Assembly: GCF_004010195.1 (NCBI RefSeq)
Contig: NC_057753.1
Location: 10,970,421-11,016,549 of the forward strand
Direction: 5' to 3'
Length of the DNA stretch: 46,129 nucleotides
Source: Chiloscyllium plagiosum
Lineage: Eukaryota
Below the pieces are notes generated by a model. That model made no database searches and was not told the origin of the DNA. It worked only from the letters and a program-made list of their open reading frames with translations. A program made the position numbers and the translations under genes. Positions 1 to 11,990 of this stretch are shown piece by piece (within the stretch, counting starts at the first letter, position 1; every line of letters begins with the position of its first letter).

Positions 1-311
1 CTCAGTCAAATCCCTCGAACTCAGCACCGCCTTCCTAACCTGCAATCATCTTCCTGACCTCTCCGCCCCCACCCCATTTTGGCTATCATCCTCACCTTGA
101 CCTCCCTCCACCTATCGCATTTCCGATGCCCCTCCCCCAAGTCCCTCCTCACTACCTTTTATCTGCTGGACACACTTTCCTCATTCCTGAAGAAGGGCTT
201 ATGCCCGAAATGTCGATTCTCCTGTTCCTTAGATGCTGCCTGACCTGCTGCGCTTTCCCAGCAACACATTTTTAGCTCTGATCTCCAGCATCTGAACCCC
301 TCACTTTCTCC
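1..311 (+). mobile_element. Penelope-like element 3' end/pLTR, truncated by window start
   Basis: C-rich tract followed by the terminus GATGCTGCCTGACCTGCTGCGCTTT..CAGCAACACATTT..CTCACTTTCTCC; the same terminus family is attached to the RT/GIY-YIG element at 43005-44740. Confidence 0.8.
183..218 (+). ncRNA. Minimal type I hammerhead ribozyme motif in Penelope pLTR
   Basis: ATTC-CTGAAGA-A-GGGC-TTAT-GCCC-GAAA-T-GTC-GATT: CUGANGA and GAAA cores, 4-bp stem II, GUC triplet; stem III C>T consistent with CpG decay. Confidence 0.65.
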
Positions 312-650
312 TATATGTCCTAATTACCTGGGTGAGGAGGGACGGAAGGATAGAGACTGGGAGGATGGAGGGATAGACATTTTTCTGTTTTTATTTTTAA
401 AATGCACCCGATTCCCACAGATAAATGTAACAGGTACATGCAATATTCCTCATTGCAGCTTCAAGCCGGCTGCAACGGTTTTGTATCCTCTGTTCTTCCT
501 CCGCCTTGGCTCCAGTACATTCAGCTTCCTTGCCCCATCCTGACCCATGCCCCGAAGCATTGATGCTTCAAGCTGACCTCTCAAAAGTTCGATTTGTCCC
601 TCCATTCTTTTCCTGGTGGGTTTGTGGGTTTTGCAAACTTTCCCAATCCT
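312..650 (+). repeat. Low-copy duplicated segment (start of intron 1 of a ZNF paralog)
   Basis: Aligns by eye to 45467-45795 (direct) and 4465-4636 (inverted), e.g. TTATTTTTAAAATGCACCCG and TCTTCCTCCGCCTTGGCTCCAG. Confidence 0.8.
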
Positions 651-930
651 CTGATTGAGGAGATGAGTTGGGAGGTTATGCTATTGCTCTACAGGACATT
701 GCTTTAGCCACCTTTAGAGTATTGTATGCAATTCTGGTACCCCTCCTTTCGGAAAGATGTTGTGAAACTTGAAAAGGTTCAGAAAAGCTATACAAGGATG
801 TTGCCGGGTTTGAGCTAGAGGGAGAGGCTGATTAGGCTAGTGCTGTTTTCCCTAGCGCGCTGGAGGCTGAGGGGTGACTTTAGAGATGTTTATAAAATCG
901 TGAGAGGTACGGATAGAGTAAGGGGAGTCT
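651..930 (+). mobile_element. CR1/HER1-type LINE ORF2 3' fragment
   Basis: Degenerate LEYCMQFW / KLEKVQK / RLRGD coding remnants shared with other CR1 copies in the window. Confidence 0.8.
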
Positions 931-1096
931 AAAGATGTGCAGGTTGGGTGAATTGGCCATGCTAAATTGCCCATAGTGTTCGATTCATTAGTCAGAATGG
1001 GGTGGGGGAATGGGTCTGGGTAGGTTGCTCTTCGGAGGTCAGTGTGGGCTTGTTGGGCCAAAGGGCCTGTTTCCACACTGTAGGGAATCTAATCTC
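928..1096 (+). mobile_element. HE1-type SINE, 3' half
   Basis: AAAGATGTGCAGGTT..GAATTGGCCATGCTAAATTGCCC core, GGGCCTGTTTCCACACTGTAGGG and AATCT tail. Confidence 0.85.
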
Positions 1097-1108
1097 AGAA
1101 CGCGAGGG

Positions 1109-1782
1109 TATTATGAAGTTGGGGACATGTACTGTACCTTTAAGGAAGCTGAAACTCCTGGCTGGCACACGGTGTGCTGAAAAATTTTAAAACATATTGT
1201 TCGGTTGTGAAACAAACAGCTGGAACTGCGTTGCCATGGTATACAACAAACTCAAGTTCGTCCAATCAGTTTAAGTTATGCCCAAAATCCAAATGCATTT
1301 GAAATTTATTGTTTTGGATGACATCAAACCGATGAGACGATTTGATATTTGGAGTATGTAAAATGTGTTTTGAATAGTTGGACAAAACAGCAAAAAGCAG
1401 CCAAGCACCAACAGACTTCAGAGAGCTACTCTGATGGCAAGGTACCCATCCATAAGAAATTTGTGCAGTCGAAGACTGAAGATGACCTAGAGGAATCTAT
1501 AGAGGAAGTTCAACATCAGAAGATGACAACTAGTTTTGAAATTGATGCGCTGTAAATTTAAGAGGAAATTTATCGGACCAGTATTGTAGAGTCAGGGTTA
1601 AAAATAGGCTTATGAGAAAGGAGTTGTAAACAGTTCTTGTTTAATCTTTTCTTTTGGTCTTAAAGAATAATATTGTTAACTTTTTTTCTTTGCCACTCAA
1701 AATTTAACACATTATGTCACAAGGTGACCATTTGTGTGTGTCTGGTTTAAAGTAGCAGAAGGGTTTACCCCATGTCATGGTA
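1109..1782 (+). mobile_element. Probable solo LTR inserted in a CR1 3' fragment
   Basis: About 670-bp non-coding block interrupting CR1 sequence, flanked by AGGG (1105-1108, 1783-1786); termini TA...TA are one transition each from TG...CA. Confidence 0.5.
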
Positions 1783-1890
1783 AGGGTAATCGGTTCAGGG
1801 TGAGGGGGGAGGGAGAATTTAAAAGGGACTGAAGGGCAACTTTTTCATTGAGGATGGGCGAGTAAGGAATGAGTTGCCAGAGGAAATGGT

Positions 1891-2234
1891 GAATGCTTGT
1901 ACAATTGGCCATGCTAAATTGCCCGTGTTGGGTGAAGGGATAAATGTAGGGGAATGGGTCTGGGTGGGTTGCGCTTCGGTAGGTCGGTGTGGACTTGTTG
2001 GGCCGAAGGGCCTGTTTCCACACTGTGTAAGTAATCTAATCTAATTACAATATCTAGGAGGCGAATGCTTGTACAATTGGCCATGCTAAATTGCCCGTGT
2101 TGGGTGAAGGGATAAATGTAGGGGAATGGGTCTGGGTGGGTTGCGCTTCGGTAGGTCGCTGTGGACTTGTTGGGCCGAAGGGCCTGTTTCCACACTGTGA
2201 AAGTAATCTAATCTAATTACAATATCTAGGAGGC
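1891..2234 (+). repeat. 172-bp tandem duplication of an HE1 3' fragment plus CR1 flanks
   Basis: Unit GAATGCTTGTACAATTGGCC...ATCTAGGAGGC starts at 1891 and 2063, near-identical. Confidence 0.95.
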
Positions 2235-2774
2235 ATCTGGATGGGTATATGAATAGGAAGGGTTTAGAGTGATGGACGAGTTAGACCGAATGGTCTGTTT
2301 CTGTGCTGTATGTCTCCATGATTCTGGCTTGCCACTAAATATTTGCCATGTCTGTATGTTCAGTTTCTCTGTGGTGTCTGCATCAAAAATGCCTTGATGT
2401 CTCCTTTCATCCCCAACTTCCCAGGGATGTTAACCATTTCATGTTTCTGAAGAAGCTGCATTGCAGGTTCACCCTGAGTTTACACTTTTTTTTGTTGCTT
2501 CTCCGAATCAGACCGACTCACTCTCAGCAGTATCACAATGTCATGAAAGTTATTAACTTTCAGGTGGCATTATCCAAAATTCAAAGAGATATCGCCCCTG
2601 TAAGATCCTGAATCAGACCGTCAGGAGAATTAGAGAGGTACAGAGAGAGTGGGATGGTGCTTTCAATTTTGTGGAATAATAAAAGAAAAGAATGTTTCGC
2701 AGAAAGTAGAATTGCTTGTTGTGAATTTCTACCCTGCACTGATAGAGATGACTTTTGTAACCTCGTTTTACTAT

Positions 2775-2850
2775 CACCTGATGAAGGAGCGATGCTGCAA
2801 AAGCTAGTGTGCTTCCAAATTATTGGACTATAACCTGGTGTTGTGATTTT
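2775..2850 (+). mobile_element. Second Penelope-type terminus with degenerate hammerhead
   Basis: CAC-CTGATGA-A-GGAGC-GAT-GCTGC-AAAA-G-CTA-GTG: stem I CAC/GTG, palindromic AGCT stem III, GAAA mutated to AAAA. Confidence 0.55.
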
Positions 2851-2904
2851 TATCTTTTTACAGAGTATTTGAAGGTCTGAAAACAGAAGTTTCAAAATCA
2901 ACAG

Positions 2905-3025
2905 ATGATGGGCTTAGGTTGGAAACGTCGACTCTCCTGCTCCTCGGATGCTGCCTGACCTGCTGCGCTTTTCTAGCGCCGCACCTTTCAACTCTGACTC
3001 TCCAGAGTCTGCAGTCATCACTTTG
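2905..3025 (+). mobile_element. Penelope pLTR fragment
   Basis: GAAACGTCGACTCTCCTGCTCCTCGGATGCTGCCTGACCTGCTGCGC. Confidence 0.75.
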
Positions 3026-3261
3026 TCATCAATGTCTGACAGTCACTTGATCCATCAGGACCGCAGTGATTTTTGACTGTGATTCTGTGAGAAGGAGCAA
3101 AGCTTTTCGGTTCCTGTTTCAGTACGTGTTCAGCATCAGTAAGAGACCCTACAGTTTCAGCGCACTGAGTGTGGAGCCTTAAACGGTTAGACGGCCTGGA
3201 AAGAGGAATTCACGGCAGGGAGGGGCTGTACACGCACCTGTGCGCTGCTGAAGCTTCGACC

Positions 3262-4200
3262 ATGGAGAAAGCTGAGGAATCCCAACACATGGAGAAACCG
3301 TGGAAGTGTGGTGACTGCGGAAAAGGCTTCTGTGCCTGGAGATTCATTGGCGCAGTCACACTGGGGAGAGGTTGTTCTCCTGCCCCACGTGCAGGAAGAG
3401 TTTTACCCAGGCCTCCCACCTCGTAGCCCATAGCCGGGTCCACACAAGGGAGAGGCCGTTCTTCTGCCCCGAGTGCGGGAAGGGCTTCACCCACCCCTCC
3501 CGTCTTCATAGCCATCGGCATGTCCATACTGGGGAGATACCGTTCCCTTGCCCCAAGTGCGGGAAGGGCTTCAACAATTGCTCCAACTTGCTGAGGCACT
3601 AGCGGGTCCATATGGGGGAGAGGCCCTTCAGCTGCCCTGAGTGCGGGAAGGGCTTTACCCAAAACTCCACCCTTGTGACCCACCGGCGGGTCCACACGAG
3701 GGAGAGGCCTTTCAGTTGCCCTGAGTGCGGGAATAGCTTCACCCAGTCCTCTCATCTCCATAAGCACCGACGGATCCACACGGGCGAGAGGCCCTTCAGC
3801 TGTCCCGAGTGCAGTAAGGCATTCAGCAATTCCTCTGACCTGCTGAGGCACCAGCAGGTCCACACGGGGGAGAGGCCCTTCAGCTGCCCCGAGTGCGGGA
3901 AGGGCTTCACCTACTCCTCATACCTCCAGAAGCACCGATGGGTGCACACAGGCAAGAGGCCCTTCAGCTGCCCCGCGTGCAGGAAGGTGTTCAGCAGTTC
4001 CTCCGACCTGCAGAGGCACCAGCGGGTCCACAAGGGGAAGAGGCCTTTCCCCTGCCCTGAGTGCAGGAAGGCCTTCAGCAATTCCTCTGATCTGCTGAGG
4101 CATCAACGAGTCCACATGGGCTAGACGCCATTTGCCTGCCGCGAGTGCCAGTGGAGGTTCACATTGTCCTGCAATTTGCAGAGGCACCGATGGGGCACTA
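3262..4200 (+). pseudogene. C2H2 zinc-finger pseudogene, about 11 fingers
   Basis: [14 protein letters not shown] start, CxxC...HxxxH fingers with TGERPF linkers; frameshift near 3335, in-frame TAG at 3600-3602 and 4122-4124; candidate acceptor TTTTTACAG ending 2863. Confidence 0.9.
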
Positions 4201-4464
4201 GTGCTCCCAACACTCAGATTCCACCAGTGATGCTGCTGTGGATCACTCCCAGGACTGAACTCCCTCACCGTTCTGACAGTGTGTGCCATGGGAGAGTCAG
4301 TGGGCTTTTTTTTTTCTGCTGGACTGCCCTCTGTTTCCCTTCCCCATCAACATCGCTTCAAGTGGGCGCAGCTGCTCATTTAGCCCGGGAGTTACTCTCT
4401 CTAGTTTTTTCTGTCCAGTTAAAGAATTGTTGGCTCTTTTTGGGAACGAGTCCAAGTCTGTAAG

Positions 4465-5330
4465 AAATAGCTTGAAGCTACATTGAGGAATATTGCATGT
4501 GCTATACTTGTACCTATTGTATTTATTTGTGGGCATCAGGTACGTTTTAAAAATAAAAACAGAAAAGATATCTACCTCTTTCCCCCCCCCCCTTTCCAAT
4601 CTCTATACTTCCGTCCCTCCTCACTTAAGACACATAGGCAGAAGGGTATACTGCAGATGCTGGAGAATAGAGTCAAGATTAGAGTGGTGCTGGAAAAGCA
4701 CAGCAGGTCAGGCAGCATCCAGGGGGGGGGCGGGGGAGAAGGTACCTACGAGTGCAATAGGTGGACGGATGTGAGGGTAAAGGTGATAGGTCAGAGAGGA
4801 GAGTGGAGCGGATAGGTGGGAAGGAAGATTGACAGATGGGACAGATCATGAGGATGGTGCTGAGCTGGAATGTTGGAACTGGTGTAAGGTGGGGGCAGGG
4901 GACATGAGGAAACTGGTGAAGCCCACATTGATGCCATCAGGTTGAAGGCTCCCAAGGCGGAAGATGAGGCATTCTTCCTTCAGGCGTCAAGTGGTGAGGC
5001 AGTGGCAGTGGAGGAGGCCCAGGACCTGCATGTCCTCCGAGTTGGAGGGGGAGTTGAGTCTATAGACTCCGCTCCCTCCCTGGATTCACTCCAGTTGCTA
5101 CAAGTAAACAGATTTTCCCCCCCCTCTCCCTGCTCGGATGAGGAGTTGCCCAGAAAGAGGGAGTTTCACTCTGGAACTGACAGGGCCACTTCTATGTTGT
5201 GGACATCTTCAATGGGTCACTGGGCGTGGCCAGTGGTCGGGCAAAGCCAACAACTGAACCCGCACTGCGCCTGCTCCGGACGGTCGGCCGACTGGCTCGC
5301 ACTGCACCTATGTTGCCCAGCCACAGGCGT
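4465..5330 (-). promoter_or_regulatory. Inverted paralog of a ZNF promoter/exon 1/intron start, interrupted by a Penelope fragment
   Basis: 5056-5310 is reverse-complement similar to 45205-45465 (CGCACTGCGCCTGCTCCGGACGG; GGATTCACTCCAGTTGCTACAAGT); 4465-4636 matches the intron start. Confidence 0.7.
4637..5055 (-). mobile_element. Penelope-like 3' fragment
   Basis: pLTR terminus CTGCAGATGCTGGAG..GTGCTGGAAAAGCACAGCAGGTCAGGCAGCATCC plus G-rich body similar to 43130-43470. Confidence 0.8.
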
Positions 5331-5369
5331 GGAGGAGAGACCGTTTGCAATTACCTGTACGTCTTCCCT

Positions 5370-5560
5370 TCATAGAATCCCTACAGGGTGGAAGCAGGCT
5401 ACTCAGCCAAACAAGTCCACACCGACCCTCCAACGGGTAACCCACCCAGACTCATTCCCCTACCCCTATTGTTCTACATTTACCCGACTAGTAATTTAGT
5501 ATGGCCAATCTATCCAAATCTGCATATTCCTGAACACTATCGATAATTTAGTACAGCCAA
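5370..5560 (-). mobile_element. HE1-type SINE 3' fragment
   Basis: AATCCCTACAG..AACAAGTCCACACCGACCCTCC..CCACCCAGAC. Confidence 0.75.
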
Positions 5561-5659
5561 GTAACAATTTGTGTTAGAATGACATTTCATCCGATGTTTT
5601 CAAGCCTGTGGCAAGTTGACGTCTGACTTTGTCCACCTTTCTCCCATACTAGCACCTCA

Positions 5660-6290
5660 ACATCATGCAGACTGGAGGATAGCTAATGTAACCCCTCTAT
5701 GTAAACAGGGAGGTAAGGTGAAAGCAGGGAGTTATACACCAGTCAGCCTGACATTGGTCGTGGAGAAAATGTGAGAGTCATGACAAAATAATTAATAGCT
5801 AAGCACTGAGAAAACAGTGGCAGGAGCAGATGGAGTCAGCATGGATTTCCAAAAGGGAATCATGTTTCACAAATCAACTTGAATTCTTTCAGTATGTAAC
5901 TACTGTAATAGAGTTGATGAGAGGGAGCCAATGAATGTGGTTTATTTGGAATTTCAGAAGGCTTTTAATCAGAACCAACGACATAGGAAGGGAAAACGTT
6001 GAGATTCTGAAGGGAGATTACAGAGAGTTAGGCAGGAATTTAAAAAGGAGGTCCTTGAGACCTGGTGCTATGAGCTAGTGAGGGCAGGAATAGGAGGATA
6101 GAGCAGATGAATGCATGGCTGAGGAGCTGGCGTATGGGAGAAGGATTCACATTTTTGGATCATTGAAATCTCTTTTGGGGTAGAAGTGACCTGTACAAGA
6201 AGGACGGATTGCACCTGAATTGGAAGGGGACTAGTATACTGGCAGGGAGATTTGCTTGAGCTGCTCGGGAGGATTTAAACTAGTAAGATG
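5660..6290 (+). mobile_element. CR1 fragments: RT region (5660-5970) and ORF1 esterase region (5970-6290)
   Basis: DWRIANVTPL and SQHGF remnants; EQMNAWLRSW..FLDH..LYKKDGLHLNWKGTSILAGRFA, an SGNH-esterase-like CR1 ORF1 C-terminus. Confidence 0.8.
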
Positions 6291-6656
6291 GGGGGGGGGG
6301 CGGCTGGACCAAGGGAGATAGTGAGGAAAGAGATCAATCCGAGACTGGTACCTTTGTGTCCATTTGCCAATCTGGGGTTAAAACAAAAGGCTGGAGCCAC
6401 AATTTTTTCCCTTGTTGCTGCACATTTCATTCCTTTTGCATTTTGTCTGGCTGCTCAACTTTTGTGTGTATTTTCCTCAGGGTAGGGGAATGCAAACTAG
6501 AGGGCACAGGGTTAGGGTGAGAGACAAAAGATTTAAAATGGACCTAAGCATTAGAAAAAAATTGTGTGCAAGTCAATTTGCCTCAAGAAAAGCCCTGTCT
6601 TACGACCCGAACAATATAGATTGTTCACAGCCTATTACTGACTAATCAGGAAGGAT

Positions 6657-6769
6657 AAAGTGAGGACTGCAGATGCTGGGCATCAGAGCTTAAAAATGTG
6701 TTGCTGGAAAAGCACAGCAGCTCAGGCAGCCTGACCTGTTGCGCTTTTCCAGCAACACATTTTTAAGCT
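6657..6769. mobile_element. Miniature inverted Penelope-terminus insert with TSD
   Basis: Inverted arms AGAGCTTAAAAATGTGTTGCTGGAAAAG / CTTTTCCAGCAACACATTTTTAAGCTCT; flanks CTAATCAGGAAGGAT (6642-6656) and CTAATTAGGAAGGAT (6770-6784). Confidence 0.8.
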
Positions 6770-6774
6770 CTAAT

Positions 6775-7240
6775 TAGGAAGGATGTTGTGAAACTTAAAA
6801 GTGTTCAGAAATTTATAAGGAATTTGCTAGGGTTAGAGGGTTTGAGCTACAGGGAGAGGCTGAGTAGGCTGGGGCTGTTTTTCCTGGAGCGTCAGAGGCT
6901 GAGGAATGACCTTTATGGAGGTTTATAAGATTATGAGGGGCATGGATAGGGTAAATAGGTAGGGGTTTTTCCCTGGGGTGGGAGAGTCCAGAACTAGAAG
7001 AAAGATTTAAAAGGGACCCAAGGGGCAATGTATAGTTTGGTATGTGTATTGAATAAGCTGCCAGAGGAAATACTGAAGGCTGGTATAATTACAGCATTTA
7101 AAAGGCACCTGGCTGGGTATGTGAATAGGAAATTTTAGAGGGACATAGGCAAAGTGCAAGAAAATGGGACTAGATTAACTTAGGATATCTGGTCAGCACG
7201 GACCGAAGGGTTGTTTCCATGCTCTGTAACTCAATGGTTC
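6775..7240 (+). mobile_element. CR1/HER1 LINE 3' end
   Basis: KDVVKLKSVQK..LSYRERLSRLGL..EVYKIMRGMDRVN remnants plus 3' UTR. Confidence 0.85.
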
Positions 7241-7599
7241 TATTTATACATAGTCAAAACAAATTTCACAAGACTAGGAATAGGCCATTCACCCCTTACA
7301 GCTTGTCCTCAACTGTACATATTTCAATGCAAGTTCCAGAAAGATGTCTGCAGCTTTTATATAAAATTGAACATGATTTCAGACTTTATTGATGTTTGTG
7401 AATATTATCATTTTAAGCTATTCTCAATTTAAAAGATCAGCGATCTCTCATGCACTCCCATCTCCCATGTAGAGTAACCACCATCCGTTCTCTGTGACTT
7501 AGAAGGGCTTGATACAGTGTTTAAAGAGGGCTTGAGGAAAGAGAAAGAGGAGAGAGGGTACAGGAGGGAAGGAAGGGACAGAGAGAGAGAGACCCACCC

Positions 7600-7945
7600 G
7601 CTTATCCTACAGCCTTGCAGTTCCCCGTGGCTAACCCACACAAACCTCCAAATTCCTGGACACTTTAGCAGGGCTGATCCACCCTAAACTGCAGCTATTT
7701 GGAATGTGGGAGCAAACTTGAGGACCTCAAGTAACCTACACAGACACAAGGGGGAGAACATGCTGAAGTCCACACAGGGCAGAGGTGGGTACTACAGATG
7801 CTGGAGATTACACTCAAGATTAGAATGGTGCTGGAAAAGCACAGCAGGTCAGGTAGCATCCGAGGATCAGGAGAATCGACGTTTCAGGCAAAGGCCCTTC
7901 AAAGTCCATACAGATAGTTGTTAAGCACTGAGCCACCGCGCCACC
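7600..7945 (-). mobile_element. Degenerate HE1 SINE interrupted by a Penelope terminus (7778-7900)
   Basis: SINE head CACTGAGCCACCGCGCCACCC at ~7926-7946; inserted GTGCTGGAAAAGCACAGCAGGTCAGG..GAATCGACGTTTC. Confidence 0.65.
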
Positions 7946-8066
7946 CAGAGCTTTCAGGTTCTGCTTTGTCTTTGTAGCTTCTAACTTCTCATGTGCCCTC
8001 AGCACAGACTCTCTCCTCCTGACATTGTTGGACCACACCCACCTCAATCTCCCTTTCCCACTTCGA

Positions 8067-10600
8067 GTCATGGAGTCTGTTTCCGTGCTCTATATCTCTT
8101 CAGTCCAATATGTCTATGCCGACCAGATATCCCAACCTAATCTAGTCCCATTTGCCAGCACTTGGCCCATATCCCTCTTAAACACTTGCTGTTCATGCCC
8201 CCATCCAGATGCCTTTTAAATGCTGTAATTGTACCAGCCTCCATCACTTCTGCTGGCAGCTCATTCCATAGCTGAAAATGTGTTGCTGGAAAAGCGCAGC
8301 AGGTCAGGCAGCATCCAGGAATTTTCCTGAAGAAGGGCTTATGCCCGAAATGTCGATTCTCCTGTTCCCTGGATGCTGCCTGACCTGCTGCGCTTTTCCA
8401 GCAACACATTTTCAGCTCTGATCTCTAGAATCTGCAGACCTCACTTTCTCCTCCAGCTCATTCCATACACTCACCACCCTCTGTGTGAAAAGGTTGCCCC
8501 TTCGGTCCCTTTCATAGCTTTTACCTCTCTCCCTAAACCTATCCCCTCTAGTTCTGGACTGCCCTACCCCAGGGAAAAGACTTTGTCTATTCATCCTATC
8601 CATATCCCTCAGGATTTTATAAACCTGTATGAGGTCACCCCGCCAGCCTTCGACGCTCCAGCCTATTCAGCCTCTCCCCATAGCTCAATTCCTCCAACCC
8701 TGGCAACATCCTTGCAAATCTTTTCTGAAACGTTTCAAGTTGCACGCAATATTCCAACAGTGGCCTAACCAATGTCCTGTATAGCCAGAACATGACCTTC
8801 CAACTTCTGTACTGAATACTCTGACTAATAAAGGACAGCATACCAAACGCTTTCAAGAAGCTATGAACCTGCACTCCAAGGTCTCTTTGTTCAGCAACAC
8901 TCCTAATCTTGCTAACCAGTCTCCCATGGGGAACCTTGTTGAACGCCTTACTGAAGTCCATATAGATCATATCTACTGCTCTGCCCTCATCAATCCTCTT
9001 TGTTACTTCCTCAAAAAATTCAATCAAATTTGTGAGACATGATTTCCCATGCACAAAGCCATGTTGACTATCCCTAATCAGTCCCTGCCTTTCCAAATAC
9101 ATGTAGATCCTATCCCTCAGGATTCCCTCCAACAACTTGCCCACCACTGACGTCAGGCTCATTGGTCTATAGTTCCCTGGCTTTTCCTTACTACCCTTCT
9201 TAAACAGTGGCACCATGCTATCCAGTCTTCCGGCACCTCACCTGTGACTATCGATGATATAAATATCTCAGCAAGAGGCCCAGCAATCACTTCTCTAGCT
9301 TCCCACCGAGTTCTAGGGTACATCTGATCAGGTCCTAGGGATTTATCCACCTTTATGCATGTCAAGACATCCAGAACTTCCTCCTCTGTAATATGGACAT
9401 TTTGCAAGGTGTCACCACCTATTTCCCTACATTCTATATCTTCCATATCCTTTTCCACAGTAAATGCTTCCTTTTTCTTAACCAAACCCACAATTTCTTT
9501 AGTCATCCAGCATTTCCTATACCTGCCAGCTTTACCTTTCACCCAGGAATATGCTTTCTCTGGACTCTCGGTATCTCATTTTTGAAGGTTTCCCCATTTT
9601 CCAGCCGTCCCTTTACCATCAAACATTTGCCCCAACAGCTTTTGAAAGTTCTTGCCCAATACCATCAAAATTGGCCTTCCTCCAATTTAGAACTTCAACT
9701 TTTAGATCTGGTCTATCTTTTTCATCATTATTTGCACCTTCTCTAGTAGCTACATCCACATACTAAATCGCAATATTTTCTTGTACATACTTAACAAATT
9801 CCTCTCCATCTAAACTCTTCACACTATGGCAGTCCCACTCTCTGGAAAGTTAAAATCCCCTACCATAACCACCTTATTACTCTTACCGATAACTGAAATC
9901 TTGCAAATTTGTTTCTCAATTTCCCTCTGACTATTAGGGGGTCTATAATACAATCCCAATAAGCTGATCATCCCTTTCTTATTTCTCAGTTCCACCCAAA
10001 TAACTTCCCTGGATGTATTTCCGGGAATATCCTCCCTCAGCGCAGCTGTAATACTATCCCTTCTCAAAAACGCCACTCCCCCTCCTCTCTTGCCTCCCTT
10101 TCTATCCTTCCTGTAGCATTTGTATCCTGGAACATTAAGCTGCCAGTCCTGTCCATCCCTGAGCCATGTTTCTGTAATTGCTATGATATCCCAGTCCCAT
10201 GTTCCTAACCATCTGCCTCCCCTGTTAGGCCTCTTGCATTGAAATAAATGCAGTTTAATTCATTGGTCCTACTTTGTTCTCTGCTTTGTCCCTGACTGTT
10301 CAACTTGCTTCTGTTCTCAACTGTACCAGTCTCAGATTGATCTCTTTCCTCACTATCTCCCTGGGTCCCATCTTCCCAACCACCTTACTAGTTTAAATCC
10401 TCCCGAGCAGCTATAGCAAATCTCCCTGCTAGTATATTAGTCCCCTTTCAATTTAGGTGGTCAATCCGTCCTTCTTGTACAGGTCACTTCTCCCCCAAGA
10501 GATTCCAATGATCCAAAAATGTGAATCCTTCTCCCATACACTAGCTCCCCAACCATACATTCATCTGCTTTATCCTCCTATTCCTGCCCTAGCTAGCTCC
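8067..10600 (-). mobile_element. Internally deleted CR1/HER1 LINE: ORF1 end, AP endonuclease, RT, 3' UTR
   Basis: IWVELRNKKG..LLGLYYRPPNS..VVMVGDFNFP (9819-10076); PGNYRPMSLTSVVGK..QHGF..YMDFSKAFNKVPH (8635-9216); multiple deletions and frameshifts. Confidence 0.92.
8271..8453 (+). mobile_element. Miniature Penelope-terminus insert with partial inverted arm, hammerhead core and 14-bp TSD
   Basis: TSD CAGCTCATTCCATA at 8257-8270 and 8454-8467; CTGAAGA (8327) AGGGCTTATGCCC GAAA TGTC. Confidence 0.88.
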
Positions 10601-10934
10601 ACTTTCAAGGAACTATGAACCTGCACCACAAGGTCTCTGTTTGGCAAAATTCTCCATTAACTGTGTAAGCCCTGCCCTGACATGCCTTTCCAAATGCAAC
10701 CCCCCACACTTGTCTAAATTAAAATCCAGCTGCCACTGCTTGGCCCATCAGCCCATCTGATCAATTCTAATTAATAATAAACTTCCTTCCTTCCCTCATT
10801 CCCTGAAAGTTGAAAATCTCCATCCCACACTCTCTCCCTCCATTCTCACTTTGCTGAACCTAATCCCTGCTGTACCACATCCTGAACAGGCTAGTTCATG
10901 CTGATTAACAAGCCCACACTCAGGGGCATAGTTA

Positions 10935-11810
10935 ATTGATACATACAGAATACTGAATGGCCTGGACAGAGTAGATGTTGGGAAGATATTTCCATTGGTA
11001 GGAGAGACCAGGACCCAAGGGCACGGCCTTAGAGTGAAGGGAAGACTTTTTAGAATGGAGATAAGGAGAAACTTCTTCAGCCTGAGAGTGGTAAATCTGT
11101 GGAATTCATTGCCACAGAAGGCTGCAGAGGCCAGGTCACTGAGTATATTTAAAACCTCTGTTCTTGATAGTTTCTTGAGTATCAGGGGGATCGAGGGTTA
11201 CAGGGAGAAAGTGGGAGAATGAGGTTGAGAATCTTAGCCTTAACTGAATGGTGGAGCAGACCCAATGGGCTGAATAGCCTAATTTCTGCTCCAATGTCTT
11301 ACATTCTCTTGCTGTCCTGGATAGAGAATTGGGAGCAGGAGTAAGCCATTTGGTCTTTTGAACCTGCACCGGATGGAACAGATCATAACTGGATATGAAT
11401 ATACCGACCTCGAGGTGGTTAGGCTGAGACTTTTTTCACTGCAGCATGGGAGGTTTAGAGGTGGCTTCATAGAGGATTATAAAATCATGAGGGGTAGAGA
11501 TGAGGTGAACGGGGAGTGTCTTTTTCCTAAGATGGGGTTTCAATTTTGAAGGTGAGAGGAGAAAGATTTTAAAAAGACATGAGGGCCACCCTTTTTTTTT
11601 TACATAGAGTGATTTGTGTGTGGAATGAATGTTGTGAGGATGTGGTGGATGCAGGTACAGTTACAGCATTTAAAAGGTATTTGGATAAGTACATGAATAG
11701 GAAAGGTTTGGTGGGATATTAGCCAAAAACAGGCAGGTGGGACTAGTTTGAGAATATGGCATTGACTAGTTGGATTGAAGGGTCTGTTTCTATGCTGTAT
11801 GACTCTGTAA
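10935..11810 (+). mobile_element. Two CR1-type 3' end fragments (10935-11305; 11420-11810)
   Basis: RRNFFSLRVVNLWNSLPQ and YKIMRGRD..VWNE remnants with 3' UTRs. Confidence 0.8.
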
Positions 11811-11990
11811 CTGCTCTGTTTTGGTCTGAAAGCCATTATCTTGCCTTCCCGTGTAAACATCCACTTCTTTATTGTTCAAAAATCAAATAAACTCAGCCTT
11901 CAATGATCCCCTAACTGCAGGAAGACATCCCCACTTCTGAACTCAATTCCTTTCGCTAATATATCACTTGCCTTGCTCATTGCTTGCTGC

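Noticed and set aside
3210..4289. Long minus-strand ORFs (217 aa, 123 aa)
   Set aside because: Antisense shadows of the repetitive zinc-finger array
4942..5499. 185-aa ORF
   Set aside because: Chance read-through across Penelope, promoter-module and SINE sequence
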